Numbered from the stretch's first letter, positions 18,609 through 27,626 are shown. The stretch is 46,339 nt of DNA from a virus (IMGVR_UViG_3300036786_000120:1-46339); one strand, 5' to 3'. Notes: generated by a model not told the origin, from the letters alone. A program made the numbers and translations.

Positions 18609-18854
18609 ATGTCTGAGGACCTGCTCGATACCGCCGAAGCCGCGCGCCGTTTGGGAGTGGACCCCTCGCGCATCCGGCAGCTCTGCCGGGACGGTTCGCT
18701 GCCGTGTCGGCGCATTGGGCAGCGCGTCCTAGTGGTCGCCGCGGCGGACCTGGAGGCCTATCGAAAACAGCTCACGCCGGGCGGCCGGGGATGGCCGGCG
18801 GGGAAGTCGAGGGGATCTCGCGGCCCCGGTCCCGTACAAGAGGGCGAAGGATGA
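18609..18854 (+). CDS. HTH DNA-binding protein (excisionase/MerR-like)
   Basis: 'LLDTAEAARRLGVDPSRIRQLCRDGSLP' motif; likely leaderless. Confidence 0.8.
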   Translation: MSEDLLDTAEAARRLGVDPSRIRQLCRDGSLPCRRIGQRVLVVAAADLEAYRKQLTPGGRGWPAGKSRGSRGPGPVQEGEG

Positions 18855-19006
18855 ACTCGTTCCGCCAGGCGCTGGAGACCCTGCGGCAGGTCGCGGTTGC
18901 CGTCTCGGTCTCCCGCTGGCCGATTAGCTGACCTTCGGCCGGAGCCGCTGCGTCCCTTTCGGCTGTCCCAGCCACGGCAGCGGCTTCCCGCAGCCCTGGC
19001 AGCTCG

Positions 19007-19036
19007 CGAAAACCTTTCCACGTGGAAAGGTTTTCG
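19007..19036. repeat. Perfect 30-bp palindrome = element ends with no interior (copy 4)
   Basis: CGAAAACCTTTCCAC|GTGGAAAGGTTTTCG. Confidence 0.95.
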
Positions 19037-19365
19037 TCAGCCGGCCGCTCTTCAGGTGCGGCTGAACTCCATGAACTCCGTTGCCGTCAGGGAGCTCCCG
19101 GCGCCGCGGTGCGCGAGTCTGGGTAACTTCGCGGAGTTGTGGTAAAAGCGCCCGGGGCCTGGACGGGTGCGACCCGTGGTGGTCGCGCTTATTCGTGCAG
19201 GTGCAGGCGACCGCGAGGATTCGGCAGCCCGCTCGCATCCTGCCGGAGCTTCTCCGCGGCGATCTTACTCTCTTTCATCGGTGCCCTCCGTTTACATCCT
19301 GTTGCATCCCTTTTCGGATGTCGGCCTGGTGGTGATAGACTGCTTTCGGTTGACCACCTTCTGAT

Positions 19366-19387
19366 GGAGGGCAATCGGAGGGCAAAC
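19366..19387 (+). promoter_or_regulatory. Putative integrase arm-type sites (2 x GGAGGGCAA)
   Basis: 11-bp tandem repeat flanking att core. Confidence 0.65.
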
Positions 19388-19438
19388 TGCTCCCGACCCA
19401 CCCTTCCACTGACGGCGCCGGCGCGCCGAATTTAGCCA

Positions 19439-19496
19439 CGGAGGGGACAGGATTCGAACCTGCGGCCCGTCGCCGGGTCACCTGTTTTCAAGACAG
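19439..19496 (-). mobile_element. attP: attP core: 3' half of tRNA-Ser(TGA)
   Basis: Minus strand CTGTCTTGAAAACAG anticodon arm, long variable arm, GGTTCGAATCC T-loop, CCCCTCCG acceptor strand; no 5' half; next to integrase 3' end. Confidence 0.85.
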
Positions 19497-19610
19497 CCAT
19501 GCCCCGGTCGACCGCGTGAAACCTTGCTCGATCCTGGTCCGGTTCGTGAGGCCGGAATCCTTGTCCGGGTCGGTTCTGGCCTTTCACGGTCGATCCGAGT
19601 CCCGGTAGAC

Positions 19611-19649
19611 GGAGGGCAATCGGAGGGCAATCGGAGGGCGCTGCCCTCC
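19611..19649 (+). promoter_or_regulatory. Putative arm-type sites (GGAGGGCAATC x2.6 plus inverted TGCCCTCC)
   Basis: Same 11-mer as on the other side of the core. Confidence 0.65.
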
Positions 19650-19743
19650 CGAATACAGCCTCCGGGTTTCTGGCGCGCCCTCGCAGAAACAGCCTCCCGG
19701 CCCGCGGATGGAACGTGGGATGCCCTCGGGAAAACAGCCTCCG

Positions 19744-20955
19744 TCACGCTCCCGGCGGCAGGGCTCCCGGCCGGTGCAGGTCGCGGTCGCGGAGCAGCTC
19801 CCGCTCGATCAACGCGGCGGCTTCATCCTGGCCATCGCTCAGCAGGTGCCCGTACAGGTCCATCGTGACGGAGGAGCTCGAGTGCCCGACCCGTTCGGAG
19901 ATGATCTTGGTGTGGATCTTCTTCGCGATGAGCAGGGTGACGTTGGTATGGCGCAGATCGTGGAACGTCACGTCCGGGATGCCGAGCTTGCCGACCAGGC
20001 GACCGAAGTCGCGGCTGAAGATGTTCGGAGTGGCGGGGCGGCCATCTTCCCGGGGACACACCAGCCCTTCGTGATGGTACTCCGGCCCGAGATCCAGGCG
20101 CCGCTGGGCCTGCTGTCCGCGATGCCGCCTGAGCTCCATGATCAGTAGCGGCCCCAGGGTCACCAGGCGCTTCTTGCTCGTTTTGGGGCCCTGGACGAAC
20201 ACCAGATCACCCTCCGGGCGGGTCCGCGCGGAGACTTGCCCCAGGGAGTGCGCCACCTGCAAGCGGCCGGCCTCAAGATCGACATCCTCCCAATGCAGTC
20301 CCAGAATCTCGCCGCGGCGCATACCGGTCAAAACGGCGAGCAGGATCGGCACGTAGAAGGGACCGCCTTCTACGCCCTGAAGTAGCACGTCCGCATGGGC
20401 CTCCGACAACACGGGGCGCTCGGCCGTCTCCACCCGCGGCGGGTCCACCGCGGCCACCGGATTTGTGGCGACCAGACGCCAGCGGACGGCGCGCTCCAGG
20501 GCGGCATGCAGCAGCGCATACAGATGTTTGACCGTTCGGGGTGACAGCCCGCCTTCCCGCCCATCGCGGCGGCCACCCTCCAGCGCGCTCGCCAGGAACC
20601 GCTCGACGTGCAGCGGCGACAGCTTTGCGAGCCGCACGAGGCCCAGCGCGGGCTTCAGGTGCACCCGCACGAACATCTCGTAGGTGTCCCAGGTCTTGGG
20701 CCGGACGCGGGACTTCGCGTGGTCCTCCAGCCAGCGCTGGAGGTAGTCCCCGACCGTGAGTGCTGACGGCTCGATCCAGGACCCGCTGTTCATCTCGGCC
20801 AGGATGCGGATCTTCTCTTCTTCAGCCGCCCTCTTCGTCCGGAATCCCGGGATGTACTTCTGGGGGCGCTTGCCCGTTGTCCCGCCGGGTGAATCCGTTC
20901 CCAGTTCGATGACGATCGTATAGCTCTTCCCGCGCTTTCGGACGTGACCGGTCAT
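19744..20955 (-). CDS. int: Tyrosine integrase (ICEBs1/phage type)
   Basis: TGMRRGEI, FHDLRH, GHSS, MDLYGH catalytic motifs; N-terminal arm-binding domain; GGAG RBS before ATG 20955. Confidence 0.95.
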   Translation of the reverse strand: MTGHVRKRGKSYTIVIELGTDSPGGTTGKRPQKYIPGFRTKRAAEEEKIRILAEMNSGSWIEPSALTVGDYLQRWLEDHAKSRVRPKTWDTYEMFVRVHLKPALGLVRLAKLSPLHVERFLASALEGGRRDGREGGLSPRTVKHLYALLHAALERAVRWRLVATNPVAAVDPPRVETAERPVLSEAHADVLLQGVEGGPFYVPILLAVLTGMRRGEILGLHWEDVDLEAGRLQVAHSLGQVSARTRPEGDLVFVQGPKTSKKRLVTLGPLLIMELRRHRGQQAQRRLDLGPEYHHEGLVCPREDGRPATPNIFSRDFGRLVGKLGIPDVTFHDLRHTNVTLLIAKKIHTKIISERVGHSSSSVTMDLYGHLLSDGQDEAAALIERELLRDRDLHRPGALPPGA

Positions 20956-21250
20956 CGTCCGGCGCTCCGCAGACCAGCCGGGCGAACTCGGCCGCGTCCG
21001 CGCTTGAGGCTGCGACCCCCGCAAGGCACAGATAGACCCCGCAGGCGAAGAGCATCGCCGGAGCATCCGGCCGAAGGACGATGGCCAGCTCGGGAGTCCA
21101 TGCTACGTATCCCGACCGGGGTAGGCGGGCCTCCCGCAGCACGGTAATGCCGTAACGCAGACAGATCGCTTCCAACTCGCCGGATGCGGCCGGCGCCGAG
21201 AGCATGGATAAGGCGCGTAAATACGCGTGTAGAGCCTCGCCCGGGGACAT
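20822..21250 (-). CDS. Degenerate ImmA/IrrE-like protein lacking HExxH
   Basis: Between repressor and integrase; 'ICLRYGITV', 'SGYV', 'AAEFARL' pattern; 3' end overlaps integrase start. Confidence 0.4.
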   Translation of the reverse strand: MSPGEALHAYLRALSMLSAPAASGELEAICLRYGITVLREARLPRSGYVAWTPELAIVLRPDAPAMLFACGVYLCLAGVAASSADAAEFARLVCGAPDDDRSRPKAREELYDRHRTGNGFTRRDNGQAPPEVHPGIPDEEGG

Positions 21251-21322
21251 CGCGGCACCAGTGAAACGACGGGGCGGAGAGTTCCCAATATCGCACATTT
21301 CCGAGTGGGGGACTATCGTCCA

Positions 21323-21826
21323 TCAGTGCGAGATCCGTCGCGTTCGCTTCCGCCTTCCGGCCAAGAACCCCTCGGCGGCGGCGCCGGCGGCCGCGCGGCC
21401 CGCGTCGCGGGCCGCATCTGCGAGGATGCCCCGCAGGAGCTCGCGCTCCTCCCGGGTTAGCTCCTCGTCGCCTTCCAAAGCCCGAGCGTTCAGTTCCTCT
21501 TCAGCGGCCAACTCCTGCCACGGGGGGGATGTGTAGGGCGCCGCCGCCCCTTCGCGGACGCGAGTGTCGGCACTCGCGTCCGCGTCCGGCGGCTCAGGAT
21601 CGACGTATCCGGCCGCCTTCCAGACGCGTGCGCGCAACTCACCCTTCAGCATCAAGCGCCTCACCGCTTCCATCAGAGTGCGCTTCGCCGGAACCGTCCC
21701 GTCGCGCGCCAGCCACGAATTGAAGTAGGTGTGGCTGACGCCTACCAGCCGCGCGACGTCACGCTGGGTCCGATCCCCCACAATCTCCCGCCAGACGTCC
21801 GCGAACGTCTCCTTGTCTGCCGCCAT
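21323..21826 (-). CDS. XRE-family HTH repressor
   Basis: 'TQRDVARLVGVSHTYFNSW' HTH; divergent from cro-like gene; start uncertain (21826 or 21859). Confidence 0.8.
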   Translation of the reverse strand: MAADKETFADVWREIVGDRTQRDVARLVGVSHTYFNSWLARDGTVPAKRTLMEAVRRLMLKGELRARVWKAAGYVDPEPPDADASADTRVREGAAAPYTSPPWQELAAEEELNARALEGDEELTREERELLRGILADAARDAGRAAAGAAAEGFLAGRRKRTRRISH

Positions 21827-21877
21827 CCTCCAAAACCCCGGTATCACGATACCTGACAACGGGGAAGGAAAGAAAAA

Positions 21878-21949
21878 GTTTCCGAACGCGCTGGAATAGT
21901 TTGGAAGAGGTTGACAAACATGGTATCATGCCGTCAAGTAGTTTCCGAA
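21878..21949. promoter_or_regulatory. Genetic-switch promoter/operator region
   Basis: TTGGAA-17-TATCAT with TG extension; AGTTTCCGAA twice; TTGAC..CATG..CATG..GTCAA imperfect palindrome. Confidence 0.55.
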
Positions 21950-21962
21950 AGGGAGAGCCCAA

Positions 21963-22235
21963 TTGGCCGCAAACCAGCCAACCGTCAGGATGCGGAGCAA
22001 GAAGATGCGAGCGCTGCAGGAGGCGCTCGGCATCGATCTGCAGCAGATCGCGGAGCGTTACGGCCCGAGCCAGAAGACGTACCGCGAGATCGCGGACGAA
22101 TGGCAGGGGGAGGTCCTCAAGAAGTTTCCGGACTTCAAGCTGACCTTCGGAGCGCCGGACGTGTACCGCGTGTTCGAGCGGCACGGAGTCCGTACGGAGG
22201 CGATCACTTCGGGCGCCGGCAACGCGCCCGGATAA
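21963..22235 (+). CDS. Cro-like early regulator
   Basis: TTG start with GGGAG RBS; 'TYREIADEW' helix; divergent from repressor. Confidence 0.6.
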   Translation: MAANQPTVRMRSKKMRALQEALGIDLQQIAERYGPSQKTYREIADEWQGEVLKKFPDFKLTFGAPDVYRVFERHGVRTEAITSGAGNAPG

Positions 22236-22293
22236 CCAAAACGCCTGCCGCCGGTGGGGACCGGGAGACGGCAGGCGCCTGGAGTTCAGCTAG

Positions 22294-22503
22294 ATGGTAG
22301 CACGCAAGCACCGTTATTCGCAAAGCCCCCCGGCCTCGCCGCCTGTCGTACCGGCTCGATCCGGCTTCCGCGACGTGGTCGACGGCATCTTCGTCCGGCT
22401 CGCTCCTCTCGCGGTCTCGCCCTGGGGAGCCGTCATCTACGCAGCCCTGGTACTCCTCGCCGCGGGGATCGAGCTGCGCTTCACTCGTGGTGGGAGGCTC
22501 TGA
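22294..22503 (+). CDS. Small membrane protein
   Basis: GGAG RBS; hydrophobic C-terminal helix. Confidence 0.5.
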   Translation: MVARKHRYSQSPPASPPVVPARSGFRDVVDGIFVRLAPLAVSPWGAVIYAALVLLAAGIELRFTRGGRL

Positions 22504-22505
22504 CC

Positions 22506-22721
22506 ATGGCCAGAGCCGCCGCGCCACAGCGCATCGAAGACCTGCCCGACGTGCTAACGCCCCGGGAATTCATGGCCTTTACGCGCACCTGCCGGGATGT
22601 CGTGTACGCCGCGCTGCGGCGCGGGGACATCCCGGCGGTTCGGATCGGACGGCAGTGGCGCATCCCCAAGACGGGGCTGCTCCGCTGGCTCGGGGGCGCG
22701 AACGGAAGCGCCCAGACGTAG
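22506..22721 (+). CDS. Excisionase-like HTH protein
   Basis: 'LPDVLTPREF..GDIPAVRIGRQWRIPK..LLRWL' HTH_17 signature; GGAGG RBS. Confidence 0.85.
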   Translation: MARAAAPQRIEDLPDVLTPREFMAFTRTCRDVVYAALRRGDIPAVRIGRQWRIPKTGLLRWLGGANGSAQT

Positions 22722-22724
22722 AAA

Positions 22725-22787
22725 GAGCCCCCGAACCTCGCTCCTAACGAGGCCGGGGGCGCAAAAGCCCCGTGAAAGGCGGGGCTT
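22725..22787 (+). terminator. Tandem hairpins after excisionase-like gene
   Basis: GCCCCCG..CGGGGGC and AAGCCCCG..CGGGGCTT stems. Confidence 0.4.
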
Positions 22788-22801
22788 AAAAACACATCGG
22801 A

Positions 22802-23437
22802 ATGAGAGTACCACACACCAACGGCAACGGCAAGCAAGGCATACGCCCTGTAGAGGCGGCCAACGGCCAACGGACACAATCCGCAATCCGCAATCCGCAA
22901 TCGCGGGATCTCCTCGACCTCACCCGCGCCTCCGTCCTCCGCGACCTCCAGCAGGAGCGGGAGCGGAGCAACCCCCACCGCCCGGCGCGGGTCCGCCTCG
23001 CCGCGGCCGCGGTGCCCTTCGTCCACGAAACCTCGCTCGTCGAGGGGAGCGCCCGCATCCGGCCGAGCGGCTGGGCGGACGTGTTCACTGCGACCTGGGC
23101 GGAGGCGCTGCAGCGCCGGCTCGACACCGCGGCGCGCGAGATCGCCGCGCTGCCTTCGGATTCCGAAGAAGCGCGGGAGCTCCGCTACCGGCGGGACCGG
23201 CTGCAGGAGCAACTCGACCGCGAGTCGCAGACGCTCCATCGCTCCTTCCCGCCGCACCTGGTCGTGGGGATCGAGTGGCTGATCGAAGACCCGTTCACCG
23301 CGGATGACGGCGGCGGCGAGGGCGAGGACGAGCAGCCCGACGGCCGCCCGTACGGGGCGGCGTTCGCACTGGAGGCGGCCCCATGCGGCGGCGCCGGCGT
23401 CGAAGGCGGATACGCGGCGCTGCGAGGTGGGCCATGA
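22802..23437 (+). CDS. Hypothetical protein with in-frame heptamer arrays
   Basis: Contains (CAATCCG)n at 22877-22904; coupled to next gene. Confidence 0.6.
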   Translation: MRVPHTNGNGKQGIRPVEAANGQRTQSAIRNPQSRDLLDLTRASVLRDLQQERERSNPHRPARVRLAAAAVPFVHETSLVEGSARIRPSGWADVFTATWAEALQRRLDTAAREIAALPSDSEEARELRYRRDRLQEQLDRESQTLHRSFPPHLVVGIEWLIEDPFTADDGGGEGEDEQPDGRPYGAAFALEAAPCGGAGVEGGYAALRGGP

Positions 23438-24222
23438 GACGCAGCTCTCGCGCCTACCTGCCGTGGCTCGTCGAGACCGGCGACCCGGCGCCGGATTCCC
23501 GCCAGTGGTTCGAGACGGAAGCCGAGGCCCGCGAGTACTACGCGGGCCGCGCCGCCGCCCTGGAGCCGGGCGGCGTGTGTCGCCTATTCCGCCTGCTCAA
23601 GCAGGACTCGGCAGCGATTCAGGGGGGGGTGTCTCGTGGCGACGGCCCCGCGGCGCCGCCCGCGGTCGCGGAACGGGCCGGCCCCTACGTCGACCCGCAG
23701 CTTCCGCTGCATCTCGTGAACGGCCTCAACGGTAAATGGGTGCCGCGCTTCTTGGTGCCGGTGGCTGAAGACGGCAACTTCGGGCATTACTTGAAGGTCG
23801 ACCTCCCGTCGAACGCGGATTCGATGGTCCTCGCTGTCGAGCGGGTAGGAACGGGGAGCGTGCAGCTCGTCCACATTCTGCTGCCTCACCAGCTTTACAC
23901 CCGGAGGGTCGAGGAGCTGTTCGCGGCGGACCCGGACGCGCGGTCGCTCTGGATTCTTCCGGTCGGGAATGCCCGCTGGCGACAGGTGGCCGACCTCCAG
24001 TTCCAGCAGGAGCAACCGGACCCGGCCACCAGCGCGCCGCTGCCCGCGCCGCCTCCGAACCCGGTCTCCGTCACGCTGGACCGGGAGGCGGCGCTCAGCA
24101 TCTACGGGCTCGTCGTTTCCGCGCTCCGCTCCGCCCCCACTCTGCCGACGGAGCGCGCCGTAGCGGCGATGGAAACGGCGCTCGCTTGCCGGCCGGCCGC
24201 GCCCGAAGGAGGTCTCGCGTGA
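23434..24222 (+). CDS. Hypothetical protein
   Basis: ATGA overlap and GAGG RBS. Confidence 0.6.
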   Translation: MRRSSRAYLPWLVETGDPAPDSRQWFETEAEAREYYAGRAAALEPGGVCRLFRLLKQDSAAIQGGVSRGDGPAAPPAVAERAGPYVDPQLPLHLVNGLNGKWVPRFLVPVAEDGNFGHYLKVDLPSNADSMVLAVERVGTGSVQLVHILLPHQLYTRRVEELFAADPDARSLWILPVGNARWRQVADLQFQQEQPDPATSAPLPAPPPNPVSVTLDREAALSIYGLVVSALRSAPTLPTERAVAAMETALACRPAAPEGGLA

Positions 24223-24908
24223 GCGACTTCACTCGCGAGATCGTCACAGCCCTCTCCGCCCCCTTCGGGGCAGAGGAGCTGGAATTCCGGGCCGGCGCCG
24301 TCTCCGGCACCCGCGCCCTGGCGCTGCCGTACATCCAGGCACGCGACGTAATGAACCGGCTGGACACCGTGGTTGGCGCGGCAGGCTGGAGCTACGACTT
24401 CGACCTCCTCTCCGGCGACGGCCGCATGGTGCGCGGGCGGCTCACCGTCCTCGGCGTCACCAAGTGCGACGCGGGCGAGTCGGGCGGCGAGGACGAGCCG
24501 CTCAAATCGGCCGTCAGCGACGCGCTCAAACGGGCGGCGGTGCATTTCGGAATCGGCCGCTACCTCTACAGCCTGCCCAAGGTTTGGGGGGAATACGACG
24601 CGCAGAAGAAGCGGTTCGTGAACCCGCAGGCCGTGGCGGCGGAGTTGGGGGCGGCGGTCCGCAATCCGTCCCCACAGACGCCCCCGTACGGGCAAGCTGC
24701 AGGGGCGCAATCGGTAGCGGTGATCTCCCGGCCGCTGCCGGCCCGGGCTCCCGCCGTTGGCGGCGGGACGACGGCCGCGGCCCGGGTGTGCACCGGCTGC
24801 CGCAGCGGCATCACGGAGAAGCAGTCGGAGGCCACCGTCGCCCGTTTCGGCGGGGCGCTCTGCACCGCTTGCGCTCGCGGCACCACGCCGAAAGGCAGGG
24901 CGGCATGA
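24219..24908 (+). CDS. Rad52/Rad22 (Sak/DdrA-like) ssDNA annealing protein with C-terminal CxxC..CxxC
   Basis: 'LPYIQARDVMNRLDTVVG..GWS', 'KSAVSDALKRAAVHFGIGRYLY'. Confidence 0.9.
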   Translation: MSDFTREIVTALSAPFGAEELEFRAGAVSGTRALALPYIQARDVMNRLDTVVGAAGWSYDFDLLSGDGRMVRGRLTVLGVTKCDAGESGGEDEPLKSAVSDALKRAAVHFGIGRYLYSLPKVWGEYDAQKKRFVNPQAVAAELGAAVRNPSPQTPPYGQAAGAQSVAVISRPLPARAPAVGGGTTAAARVCTGCRSGITEKQSEATVARFGGALCTACARGTTPKGRAA

Positions 24909-25339
24909 GAACGACCATTTATCACGATCCGGTCACCCGTCAGCTCCCCGAAGGAGACGCGGAAGTCGTCCAGGCCATCCGGACGCTGCCGGGCGATTAC
25001 GACGGCGGCCGGCTCCGGCTTTTCAAGGTGCGGTTCGCCGGTACCGATCGCATCCGGCAGCGCGTTATCTGGCAGCGGCACGAGACGGCGCCTACCTCCT
25101 TCACCCTGATGGACAGCGACGCTCTGCTCCGGGCGCACGTGCGGCAGCTCCGGGGCGCGGTGGTGGAGATCGAGCGGCTCGATCCCGCTCGCGGCGGGCC
25201 GACGGCGTTTCAGCACGAGCGAACGCTCCTCTCGCGGCGGCTCGCGGCGCTGGAGGCAGTGCTGGAGGAGGGGGCGCAGGCGCCAGGCCTGGCCTTGCCG
25301 GGGCTCGACGAGCCCGTGGAGGAGGCGAGTCGTGGCTGA
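24905..25339 (+). CDS. Hypothetical protein
   Basis: ATGA coupling. Confidence 0.6.
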   Translation: MRTTIYHDPVTRQLPEGDAEVVQAIRTLPGDYDGGRLRLFKVRFAGTDRIRQRVIWQRHETAPTSFTLMDSDALLRAHVRQLRGAVVEIERLDPARGGPTAFQHERTLLSRRLAALEAVLEEGAQAPGLALPGLDEPVEEASRG

Positions 25340-25712
25340 GCTCCTCCTCGTCCGCTTCAACCTCGCCGACGAGTTCTGCGCCGAGTTGCTGCAGCGCGGG
25401 CCGGACGTTGAACCGCTGGTCCGGCTCACGCGGCGGACCACGCGCACGGACCAGCTTCCCGTAACGCACCTGACCGTCGTCGCCGGGTACGTCCGGCACG
25501 TGGCGAACGCGCTCTGCGGGGAGGGCCATCTGGAGATCGTGCGCTTGGAGACGTACTGTGGACAGGTCTGGCCCGGCCGCGGCGACGAGACCGGCGCGAC
25601 AGCCCACGCCGAGCGGGTCATCGACCAGGTGACGGCCTTGGCCCGGAAGCTGGACCTGACGATTGCGGCCGGGGTCTACGAAGCGCCGGGGGAGGAGGTC
25701 CGCCGTGGCTGA
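25332..25712 (+). CDS. Hypothetical protein
   Basis: GGAGG RBS, overlap. Confidence 0.65.
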   Translation: MAELLLVRFNLADEFCAELLQRGPDVEPLVRLTRRTTRTDQLPVTHLTVVAGYVRHVANALCGEGHLEIVRLETYCGQVWPGRGDETGATAHAERVIDQVTALARKLDLTIAAGVYEAPGEEVRRG

Positions 25713-26133
25713 GAACCTGGTCGCCGAGATCCCCGAAGTTCTCGAAGTGCTGGAAGTGCTGGAAGTGCTGGAAGCGGTCGAAGGCGCCCGGGCGGCGCTG
25801 AGCGCTTTCTCGCACACCATCGCCGAGAAGGCGCTGGACTGTCCCGACCCATACGGGGTGCGACCCGCGCTCAGTGCCGCCGGGCGAGCCGAGGAGCTCC
25901 TCCGGGGGCTCCTCGGCTCGTCAACCCGGCTGGGGGTCAGCGCGCTCCTCGACTCGGTAACCGCTAGCCGCCAGCTCGCCGAAGCGCTGGCGAGCTGGCT
26001 GGAAGCCGACGCCGCGCTCCCGCTCGCTCCCAAGGCGAGATGGATCCTCCTGGGCGACCTGGAGTTCAGCCTGGAGACGCTGGGGCGCCGGCGCGCGGCG
26101 TTCATCGCACAAAAGGAGTCCTGCGTTGGCTAG
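25705..26133 (+). CDS. Hypothetical protein
   Basis: GGAGG RBS, GTG start; 9-bp tandem repeat encoding LEVLEVLEVLE. Confidence 0.6.
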   Translation: MAENLVAEIPEVLEVLEVLEVLEAVEGARAALSAFSHTIAEKALDCPDPYGVRPALSAAGRAEELLRGLLGSSTRLGVSALLDSVTASRQLAEALASWLEADAALPLAPKARWILLGDLEFSLETLGRRRAAFIAQKESCVG

Positions 26134-26401
26134 GCCTCTCCCTTCGCCCAACTCCGGGCCGTCCGGTGGGCAGACCTTCGGCCCCCGGCCCGGGCATTCC
26201 TTGCTCGTCGTCCCACCGCAGATGTGGGCGCGGGCCTCCGCCACGACACGCCAGGCGCTCCGCGAGGCGGCGGTCCGCGTGGTCCAGGGCGAGTACTCCG
26301 CCTTCTACGAGGTGCCGGCGGACCTGGTGCGCGCACTCTGCGCGCTGCTCGCGGACGAGCGCGAAGCGGTGGAGATCGATCTCGACGGGGAGGCGTCCTA
26401 A
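26126..26401 (+). CDS. Hypothetical protein
   Basis: AGGAG RBS, TTG start. Confidence 0.55.
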   Translation: MARPLPSPNSGPSGGQTFGPRPGHSLLVVPPQMWARASATTRQALREAAVRVVQGEYSAFYEVPADLVRALCALLADEREAVEIDLDGEAS

Positions 26402-26402
26402 C

Positions 26403-26738
26403 ATGCCGGCTGATCCCACCCCCGGACCGTGGCGCTATGACGGCGTCACCCACGTCATCGGCGACGACCGCGGCGACCGCCGGGTCGTGGCCACGCTCAA
26501 CGGACCGCACGCCTGCCGGGACTCGGAATGCGAGCGATGCGCGAACGGGCGGCTGCTGGCGGCGGCGCCGGAGCTGCTGGAGGTCGCCGGAGCGCTCTAT
26601 GACCGGCTGAACGAAAAGGTGGTCGGTAAGGCGCTCTACACGCGGCTTCAGGAGGTGCTGGGGAAGGCATTCGGCACCACGATCCAAACCTTGCCCGGCG
26701 GGGGCGGCGGGGGCGGCGGGGAGCACGGCGATGCCTGA
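26403..26738 (+). CDS. Conserved phage early protein
   Basis: 'TPGPW...ANGRLLAAAPELL' pattern widespread in phage early genes. Confidence 0.7.
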   Translation: MPADPTPGPWRYDGVTHVIGDDRGDRRVVATLNGPHACRDSECERCANGRLLAAAPELLEVAGALYDRLNEKVVGKALYTRLQEVLGKAFGTTIQTLPGGGGGGGGEHGDA

Positions 26739-27351
26739 CCCCTGCCGCTACCAGGTGACTGATACCTCGCACGGCGGCGGCGTGCCGCTGATCGACGCGC
26801 TGGCCGACATCCTGGCGGCCACGGACAACCTAACGGCGCGGCACCTGGCGGGCGAGCTACGGAGCTTCCGGGAGCGGGACGCCCGCCACTACGCCGAAAA
26901 CCCGCCCGGCGCCGCGCCGCCGCGGCAGCGCGAGCTGGCGGCGGCCGCGGCGGCGCGCGCGCAGGCGGCCGTCCTCGTGGTGGTCGAGCGGGAGTGGGAC
27001 GAGCTGGCGTGGGCGCCCGTCCAGGAGCTGGCCCTCAACTGCGCCAACCTCCGCCACTTGCTCCGCACGCTGGACGTGGGGCCGGGGGCGGCGGCCGCGG
27101 CGAAGGCGCGCATGATCACGCTCGCCGACGTGGTGGAGCTGCTGGCCGGTGCGCTGGCGCTGCGTGACAGGGCGGAGGCGGCCGGGCCGGAGGCCCTGCG
27201 GAACGAGCTGCAGCGCGCGCTGGAGCCGCTGCGCTCGGCGGTCGCCTACGCGGCCGGCGACGTCGCCGCCAGCGCGCGGGAGTGGTCGCGGCACCTGGGG
27301 ACGCCGCCGCGGCGGGTGGCCGGGGAAGAGTGGCCGGGAGGTCCGTCATGA
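26731..27351 (+). CDS. Hypothetical protein
   Basis: GGAG RBS, overlap. Confidence 0.6.
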   Translation: MPDPCRYQVTDTSHGGGVPLIDALADILAATDNLTARHLAGELRSFRERDARHYAENPPGAAPPRQRELAAAAAARAQAAVLVVVEREWDELAWAPVQELALNCANLRHLLRTLDVGPGAAAAAKARMITLADVVELLAGALALRDRAEAAGPEALRNELQRALEPLRSAVAYAAGDVAASAREWSRHLGTPPRRVAGEEWPGGPS

Positions 27352-27626
27352 GCTTCATTGTCTGGGAACCGGCCGGCCGGGACGACGAGCCGCCGGCGGA
27401 GTGCATCCGACGCGCGTACCCGGGCTCCGGAAGGGGAGAGGGGAGAGGGGAGAGGGGAGAGACCGACGCCTCTCGCCTCTCTACTCTCGCCTCTCGCCTC
27501 TCCGAGTGGGAGGCGCGGCTGCGCTGGTGGACGCAGGCGCTCCTGATATTCGGGGCGGCGCTCTGTTATGCGGTGTGGCAGCTCGGAGCGCTGGTGGCGG
27601 AGCTGCGGGCGAGGACGGGCCAATGA
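27348..27626 (+). CDS. Small membrane protein with in-frame heptamer hairpin
   Basis: GGAGG RBS; (AGGGGAG)4 then ~(CGCCTCT)5 at 27432-27503; C-terminal hydrophobic helix. Confidence 0.55.
   Translation: MSFIVWEPAGRDDEPPAECIRRAYPGSGRGEGRGERGETDASRLSTLASRLSEWEARLRWWTQALLIFGAALCYAVWQLGALVAELRARTGQ

Noticed and set aside
18945-18990. Hammerhead ribozyme (stem followed by GAAA on minus strand)
   Set aside because: Lacks the CUGANGA core
19007-19036. Protelomerase (telRL-like) hairpin-telomere site
   Set aside because: No protelomerase recognisable, and the palindrome is the fused ends of the dispersed repeat family
19439-19496. Functional tRNA gene
   Set aside because: Only the 3' half is present (no D-arm or 5' acceptor strand); fits attP
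25735-25775. 9-bp tandem repeat (LEV)n
   Set aside because: Single simple in-frame slippage repeat with no related copies noticed
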